Source of the DNA: an uncultured Bacteroidaceae bacterium | GTDB lineage: Bacteria > Bacteroidota > Bacteroidia > Bacteroidales > DTU049 | NCBI GenBank assembly: GCA_964559205.1 | Contig: CAZLHV010000002.1 | Location: 1-44,929 of the forward strand | Length of the DNA: 44,929 nt | Reading direction: 5' to 3' | Shown here: positions 39,678 through 44,929 of the stretch, in pieces | Layout: each line of letters starts with the position of its first letter | Numbering within the stretch: position 1 is the first letter of the stretch | Position numbers and translations under genes: made by a program | The notes under the pieces: model-generated | What the model was told of the DNA's origin: nothing | What the model saw: only the letters and a program-made list of their open reading frames with translations | Database searches by the model: none

Positions 39678-41539
39678 TTGATGTGTGTTGCAGGTAATCC
39701 CTGTTGCTCGATGCGAATGGTGTAAAAACCGGGTATGAACCCATGTGTGTCCATGGATCCACTGTGTACTCCACGATGAATCAGCTTTCCGTTTAAATCG
39801 AACACACTCACTAAAACTGGCTCAGTTGTGCTGAAGAATACAGAGCTGCCCGTTTGTCCCGGATTTGGATACAACACCACCGACTCAGGGTCGGTTTCCG
39901 GCAGGCCAGCCCAGGGATCAGGGTCACTTCCAGCAATGAGTCTGATCATGGGTGTGCCTTCGTAAAGGCTGTTGTACCATGTCCCGTCTACATTGTAGAA
40001 AAAACGGTCATTGCGGTTGGTGTTCCGGTCGAAGCCAAGATTAAGCACATCATCGGTGGTTTGTTCCCAGCCGACATACACTGTGCCATTGACTGCCAGA
40101 GGACTATCGAGATAATAGGTGTGAAATCCATTGAGTCCGGCTTCAAATTCAGGTCTCACTCCACCCTGCTCATAAATGATGTCTCCCGGTTGACCTCCGT
40201 CATCGTCCCAGATGGTGAGATAAAAATAGATCTGGTTGGCATCATTGACCGTTCTGTTGAAAAACATTTGCACAGACTGAATGGTGTCAGGTACATTGAA
40301 ATCAAACTGAAAGGCAGCTTTCCCTCCATTAATGCTTAATCCATAGCCTCCTTCGGCTGTACCGTCATCGGGTGCAAAGAAGTTGTGAAAGCGTTGATAG
40401 AAAGCCACCGTGTCGTTGTAATGCTCCGGGTCGCTGATGGTGGCTGTGTTGATGCATAGCTGAACAAGAAAGGCATTGTATCCGGGCAGCCCTGAAGTGA
40501 AAACGTAGGGAACCGGATTTCGGAAAAAAGTGGTGTCGTTGCCGGCAGCCAGATTTGCAGCACTCAGGCCTGAATTATAAGCAGGAGAAGTACCGCTGAG
40601 ATCGGTGATCACCAGTCTTTCGGTTACATTAAGCAATGACGCCGAATAATTCATGTAAGGTTCGCTGATGCTGTCGGCCATTTCGTTGGCACTTGCTGCC
40701 AAAAAATGATTCCAGGGCATGGCGTAATAATTTTTCAGTAAGGTTTCGTGCCTTGCTCTGAAAGCCAGATCGGAAGGAATTGTATCGGTTTTTTCGCGGT
40801 CGCTGTCAATTTTAATATAGTCGATGTTCCAAAAGTCGGCATTCGAAGCCCATGTTGGAAAAGAGAGATCGGCATAACTGGCAGTGTTGCGAAACCGAAA
40901 CCTGAAATTCCCGTCGAGATAAACGGGATCGGTGAGAGCGATCATGATGCATTTCCATGGCTGTCCGTGCAATGCAAGAAAACTGTTGTATGACATGCCT
41001 TCCACCGACCAAACCTGCTGCCACTCACCCGAAGTGGCATTGAAAAAATCAAGATACAGCGAATCGTCAGGATCAGGCATCTCGCCATACCCCTGAGGCT
41101 GGTAGAAAAAGCTGAAATAGATGCTGTCGGCAGGCGTTGAAGCATGAGGAGTGCCAGTAAAAACTGAATCTGTGCGTATGGCAAGTGAAGTTAGGGTGTC
41201 GGCTCCAAAAGCAAACGAAGAACCATGAGCGTACAGGTATCCGTACTCATCCAACCCGTCGAGGGTCGCAACCCCAATGCTGACAGGTTGAATGGCAAAA
41301 CTGCTACCGATAAAAGCCATGCTGTCGCTGAACCTCGAAGCATCGGGATAGATGAAGGTGTGAGAGAAATCCTCAAGAAAGGGCATTTGCAACGTACCGG
41401 CTTTTATTTTCAGGTGTGGTTCCTTTTGCGTTCCGGCAAGCACCTGATTAATGCCCGGAGGCAACAAAACCTCCTGAGCCATGGTGATGGTCGCGAGTAG
41501 AACAAAAAAGACAAAAACAGCACTCTTTCGCATACACAT
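39659..41539 (-). CDS. Secreted protein of unknown function with T9SS type A C-terminal sorting domain
   Basis: Signal peptide M(CM)RKSAVFVFFVLLATITMAQ. The C-terminus reads VVLYPNPGQTGSSVFF...VSVFDLNGKLIH...PGFYTIRIEQQG. An alternative ATG is at 41533. Confidence 0.82.
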   Translation of the reverse strand: MCMRKSAVFVFFVLLATITMAQEVLLPPGINQVLAGTQKEPHLKIKAGTLQMPFLEDFSHTFIYPDASRFSDSMAFIGSSFAIQPVSIGVATLDGLDEYGYLYAHGSSFAFGADTLTSLAIRTDSVFTGTPHASTPADSIYFSFFYQPQGYGEMPDPDDSLYLDFFNATSGEWQQVWSVEGMSYNSFLALHGQPWKCIMIALTDPVYLDGNFRFRFRNTASYADLSFPTWASNADFWNIDYIKIDSDREKTDTIPSDLAFRARHETLLKNYYAMPWNHFLAASANEMADSISEPYMNYSASLLNVTERLVITDLSGTSPAYNSGLSAANLAAGNDTTFFRNPVPYVFTSGLPGYNAFLVQLCINTATISDPEHYNDTVAFYQRFHNFFAPDDGTAEGGYGLSINGGKAAFQFDFNVPDTIQSVQMFFNRTVNDANQIYFYLTIWDDDGGQPGDIIYEQGGVRPEFEAGLNGFHTYYLDSPLAVNGTVYVGWEQTTDDVLNLGFDRNTNRNDRFFYNVDGTWYNSLYEGTPMIRLIAGSDPDPWAGLPETDPESVVLYPNPGQTGSSVFFSTTEPVLVSVFDLNGKLIHRGVHSGSMDTHGFIPGFYTIRIEQQGLPATHIKWILTE

Positions 41540-41545
41540 GTTTAT

Positions 41546-42295
41546 TTATTCGTACCAAAGATCTATAGAAGACCCAATGTTGATTTCCTCGTCTTTGCCA
41601 TAACGTGGATCCTGCTTAACAACCCGCACATTAATCGTGTCGTCGGGATTCATAAAAACTTCGGCTCCTACATTCAGGCCTGCTTCGTTGATCAGCTGAA
41701 TGGCTTTTTCGCGGGTTTTGCCCACCAGCTTCGGAATGTACACTTTTGCATTGCCTTTGCCCTTGCCAATCACAAGATCTATCACTTCGCCCTTGTTCAG
41801 CACCGTGCCCCAGGGAATCACTTTACCATTGTGTTTTGCCTTAATAATTGTTTGCCCGACATCAGGGACATATTCTTTTTTTCCTGTTTTCAAACCGTGG
41901 GTTTCAAGCAAAGCCGCCGCCTGACGTGCCGTAAGGTCGACCAGGTTTGGCAATTTGGTTTTTTCAGGCTGAAATGCGATGATGGTAATGTAAACCGTAC
42001 GCCCTTTTTTTACATGCGATCCGGGCAATGGTAACTGACTGACAACCGATCCGGGGGTTTTGGTGTTGTCGTAAACCGAATCCACAATCTGAAAGTCATA
42101 GTGTCTGCTTTCTCTCATTTCTTCAATTTCCGACATGGTCTTTCCCGAAAAATCAGGAACCTCGATGGATTGACCATGGAAGGTATACAACCTTAAAAAA
42201 AACAAGGTAATCCAAATGAGCAGCATGGTCGCCAGAGCAATAAGCCCCAGATGCTTCCAAAAATGAATCGTTTTGATAAATCCCAACACTTTCAT
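41546..42295 (-). CDS. Membrane-anchored protein with three PASTA domains, no kinase or PBP domain
   Basis: An N-terminal TM segment is followed by three modules of about 65 aa. They begin VEVPDFSGKTMSEIEEM, KLPNLVDLTARQAAALLETHGLK and YIPKLVGKTREKAIQLINEAGLN. Confidence 0.85.
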   Translation of the reverse strand: MKVLGFIKTIHFWKHLGLIALATMLLIWITLFFLRLYTFHGQSIEVPDFSGKTMSEIEEMRESRHYDFQIVDSVYDNTKTPGSVVSQLPLPGSHVKKGRTVYITIIAFQPEKTKLPNLVDLTARQAAALLETHGLKTGKKEYVPDVGQTIIKAKHNGKVIPWGTVLNKGEVIDLVIGKGKGNAKVYIPKLVGKTREKAIQLINEAGLNVGAEVFMNPDDTINVRVVKQDPRYGKDEEINIGSSIDLWYE

Positions 42296-42364
42296 AGGCG
42301 CAGTATAAACATTTAAATTGCTGATTTATTGTAGTACAGCAATCTTTTCTGCAAAAATAAGAAA

Positions 42365-43939
42365 TTATCGCTGCTCATGTCCTAAACAGGGCTCAATAAT
42401 CCTTAATTGAGTGCCAATCGTGTCGTCGCGTGCTGCCTCAATGCCGTAGGTGCTCAGGTCGGTCCATGGATACCACAGCAAAATATAACCGATACCAAAT
42501 CGTTTTAGCTGCGCTTCAGCACTGTCCGATCCCAACGGTTTCATGTCGCCATAATAGCGCCACCCTTCGCGAAACGATAAAAACAGGCTTTGACCATATT
42601 CGCCTGCTGAAGCAACCCGCGACCCTTGAGCAATTTGATCAATTTGCTCACTCAGTTCGACAATGTCACGGTTGATATGCTTTCTACGTATCAGGTCTTC
42701 GACAGGCGATTTAATGAACGAAGCACTGAACACCAGGCCGGTTGAAATCGCGAGCATTCGCGCCGGTTTAATCTGTCTGACGAACAAATCGGCAAGCATG
42801 ATGCAGCTGTAAATCATGATATAATCGAGCAGCCAGATGTATCGTAGCTCGAAAAACACCAGCAGGTAGCCTCCTGCGAGCAAGGCCGCACTCATCCAAG
42901 GCATAAAAAGATTGTGCCGCAGAATTTTGCGGTGATGATGCAGCAGAACCATTATCACAAGAACGATGATGATTGCAGATAATAGGGTGAAATGTTTCAG
43001 CAGGTCTTTCAGGTGGCCGGCATTATGGAACACAACTCGTTTCTTTGAATTCCAGAATGAATCTTTGTCCGGCTGACTCGGCCATGACTTTTCGACAAGA
43101 CTGACATCGTACCAGACCGAAGTGCAGTGTTGAACTGAAGGCTCATTCAGCCCGCTGTGAATGAAAGGATGCCGCAGAGTAAAATCAACCGGGCTTAGCA
43201 GGTTGCTGTTGTATTTGGCTGCGCTTCCCGTGGTGAATTTTCCGTAGCTGAGGCTTAATGTGAGTACCCATGCCAAAGCCAGAAGAACAAATGTGCCCAG
43301 CGCTATGAGTCCGGAGCGAATGGCCATTTTGCAACCCGGTTTATGTGGAAGAATGACCATGTCACGCAGACAGGTTAAAATCAGCCATGCCACAAAGAAT
43401 GGAAGTCCGAAGGCTTTCGTGAAATATAGTGCAGCTCCAATTATGCCAATGCCTGCAGCTCTTTTAACAGGATGAATGCTGCGGTTGCGATGCAGCCATA
43501 GCAGCCAAAGCACCAGACAGGTGAAAAGCAAGTCGGCACCAAAGTAAAGCAAGGTAAACCATGTGGTTACCGCAATAATGGTTGCCATGCCAATGATTGC
43601 AATCCCTTTGACTCGCGTAAACCGGCTGATATGAAGTGAACTCAGCCTGATGATCATCGCACCCGCAAACATCAGCACCACCTTTCCGGCAATGGTTACC
43701 GGCAGTCCTGTCCATAGCAAAGGGACCATAAGCCACGATATCAGCGGACTCCAGTAGGCATTTATGGCTTCACCAAATCTGAAGTGTGCATAATTCTGTG
43801 CAATCTCGTAATATGAAATGGCATCGGGGTTCAGTTCGTATTGATACCATGGCCATAGAAAGACACAAATGATTAAGTAGACCAGTATCCACCAGCCCCC
43901 TTTGTTCATGAATCTGCTCAGGCCATTTCCTTTTCTCAT
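42365..43939 (-). CDS. Polytopic membrane protein, GT-C-fold glycosyltransferase-like (ArnT/PMT family resemblance)
   Basis: 524 aa with about 11 TM segments. The first loop carries the motif NPDAISYYEIAQNY. A soluble C-terminal domain of about 120 aa follows. This assignment rests on architecture only. Confidence 0.6.
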   Translation of the reverse strand: MRKGNGLSRFMNKGGWWILVYLIICVFLWPWYQYELNPDAISYYEIAQNYAHFRFGEAINAYWSPLISWLMVPLLWTGLPVTIAGKVVLMFAGAMIIRLSSLHISRFTRVKGIAIIGMATIIAVTTWFTLLYFGADLLFTCLVLWLLWLHRNRSIHPVKRAAGIGIIGAALYFTKAFGLPFFVAWLILTCLRDMVILPHKPGCKMAIRSGLIALGTFVLLALAWVLTLSLSYGKFTTGSAAKYNSNLLSPVDFTLRHPFIHSGLNEPSVQHCTSVWYDVSLVEKSWPSQPDKDSFWNSKKRVVFHNAGHLKDLLKHFTLLSAIIIVLVIMVLLHHHRKILRHNLFMPWMSAALLAGGYLLVFFELRYIWLLDYIMIYSCIMLADLFVRQIKPARMLAISTGLVFSASFIKSPVEDLIRRKHINRDIVELSEQIDQIAQGSRVASAGEYGQSLFLSFREGWRYYGDMKPLGSDSAEAQLKRFGIGYILLWYPWTDLSTYGIEAARDDTIGTQLRIIEPCLGHEQR

Positions 43940-43946
43940 GTTGCTC

Positions 43947-44738
43947 TCAGATTAGCCTGAACGGATCCCAGTCGGCAGCAAATGGATACTGCCGGCGATA
44001 TTCGGTCAGTTTTGATGCGTTGAGTTCTACCTCGATGATTTCAGATTCATCGTTATTTCCTCCACATACCCATTCTCCCCAAGGGGCAGCAATGCCTGAC
44101 CCGCCCCGGTATGTCCAGCCATTGCCATCGGTACCGGTTCGGTTGATGCCTGCCACATAACACTGGTTCTCGATGGCTCTGGCCATCAGCAGGGTGCGCC
44201 AGATGTCGTGCCGCGCTGCAGGCCAGTTTGCCGATACCACCATCAGGTCGTACTCATAGTGCTGACCGTTGAAACGATTTCTTGCCCATACGGGAAAGCG
44301 CAGGTCGTAACAAATCAATGGCCTGATGTTCCAGCCCCGGAATGAAAACAAAGCCGATGCCTCACCTGCTTTGTAATTCTCGGGTTCGCGGCCCGGACCA
44401 AACAAGTGACGCTTGTCGTAATGCTTTACTTCGCCTTCTGGCACGGTCATGTAAAACCGGTTGACCCAGCGCTCATGTTCTTCGGCCACCACACTCCCCG
44501 CCAGAGCAGCCTGATGTTTCACTGACATGTCTTTCATCCATGACAGCATACGCTCGTGATGCGCTGCCCCAAGCGAGGCTGGATCGGGCACAAAGCCGCT
44601 GCCAAACATTTCCGGCAACAGAAACAAATCGTGGCGTCCTTTCACGTTGCCAAACATTTGCCCAAACAATGCCCTGTTGGCCGCCTCATCCTTCCACACA
44701 GGCGAGGCCTGAAATAATACGATGTGTAGGTTTTTCAT
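43947..44738 (-). CDS. Carbon-nitrogen hydrolase (nitrilase superfamily) amidohydrolase, omega-amidase YafV-like
   Basis: Trimmed to the ATG at 44738 (MKNLHIVLFQ). The Glu-Lys-Cys triad appears in the contexts LLPEMF, YDKRHLF and LICYDLRFP. Confidence 0.88.
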   Translation of the reverse strand: MKNLHIVLFQASPVWKDEAANRALFGQMFGNVKGRHDLFLLPEMFGSGFVPDPASLGAAHHERMLSWMKDMSVKHQAALAGSVVAEEHERWVNRFYMTVPEGEVKHYDKRHLFGPGREPENYKAGEASALFSFRGWNIRPLICYDLRFPVWARNRFNGQHYEYDLMVVSANWPAARHDIWRTLLMARAIENQCYVAGINRTGTDGNGWTYRGGSGIAAPWGEWVCGGNNDESEIIEVELNASKLTEYRRQYPFAADWDPFRLI

Positions 44739-44823
44739 AGTCTTTCGTATGCGAACATACAATTTTTTTTCGGATGATTTTTTGAAAATTCGCACAATCG
44801 ATATTCTAATGAATTCTCTTAAT

Positions 44824-44852
44824 AAAAAAGCCCGCCCGCAGAGCGGACAGGC
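44824..44852 (-). terminator. Rho-independent terminator of the truncated right-edge gene
   Basis: Minus-strand stem gcctgtccgc/gcgggcgggc is 10 bp including 2 GU pairs, with loop ucu, followed by U6. Confidence 0.7.
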
Positions 44853-44879
44853 TGTTGAAGCTATGATGAAAACTTGCTC

Positions 44880-44929
44880 TTAGTTGTAAGCCACGATCAC
44901 ATCGAAAGAACCGGTGTAGAGACCAGAAG
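44880..44929 (-). CDS. 3' end of an unidentified gene truncated by the window edge (...SGLYTGSFDVIVAYN*)
   Basis: Open frame running to the window edge, with its stop (TAA on the minus strand) at 44880-44882. A good terminator follows. Confidence 0.4.
   Translation of the reverse strand, partial: SGLYTGSFDVIVAYN

Noticed and set aside
1-44929. CRISPR arrays, tRNA/rRNA genes, IS elements and integrases
   Set aside because: None was seen. All intergenic regions are at most about 350 bp. I read them individually and found no regular repeat-spacer pattern, no cloverleaf-like segments, and no transposase or integrase-like ORFs. This was a by-eye inspection, not a tRNAscan or covariance-model scan.

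Overview
This is a 44.9-kb chromosomal segment that looks like Bacteroidota. Evidence: the -7 promoter box TAnnTTTG sits 15-25 nt upstream of many start codons, at least five proteins carry T9SS C-terminal sorting domains of both type A and type B, and TPR-LytS/LytTR and SusC-like TonB receptor architectures are present. Coding density is high, with about 35 CDS.

I saw no rRNA, tRNA, CRISPR array, transposase, integrase or prophage core genes.

Housekeeping genes:
- tdh and kbl, divergently arranged
- mntP
- two NhaD/ArsB-type transporters
- upp and an M20 peptidase
- gap
- a PTPS-folE pair
- a BI-1 family protein
- two solitary FtsX/LolCE-type permeases
- rluD, a PASTA protein, a GT-C-like membrane protein and a nitrilase-family amidase

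More accessory-looking content, most interesting first:
1. A TPR-LytS/LytTR two-component pair, followed by a tightly packed three-gene module at 19510-23275. It contains a phage-type tail-fibre protein with a C-terminal S74 self-cleaving chaperone domain, a small T9SS cargo, and a paralog that shares the fibre N-terminal module. There is no prophage context.
2. An uncharacterised cytoplasmic two-gene operon at 2950-5044.
3. An FtsX permease whose stop overlaps the start of a lipoprotein Omp85 (TamL-like) gene.
4. An OmpR-type two-component system, a Cys-rich membrane protein and a TonB receptor in one operon. Its divergent control region contains direct repeats and mini-ORFs upstream of nhaD.
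5. Tandem choice-of-anchor-L proteins with type B T9SS domains.
6. A small Cys-rich membrane peptide overlapping the PTPS start.

All functional calls come from motif recognition by eye. No database search was run.
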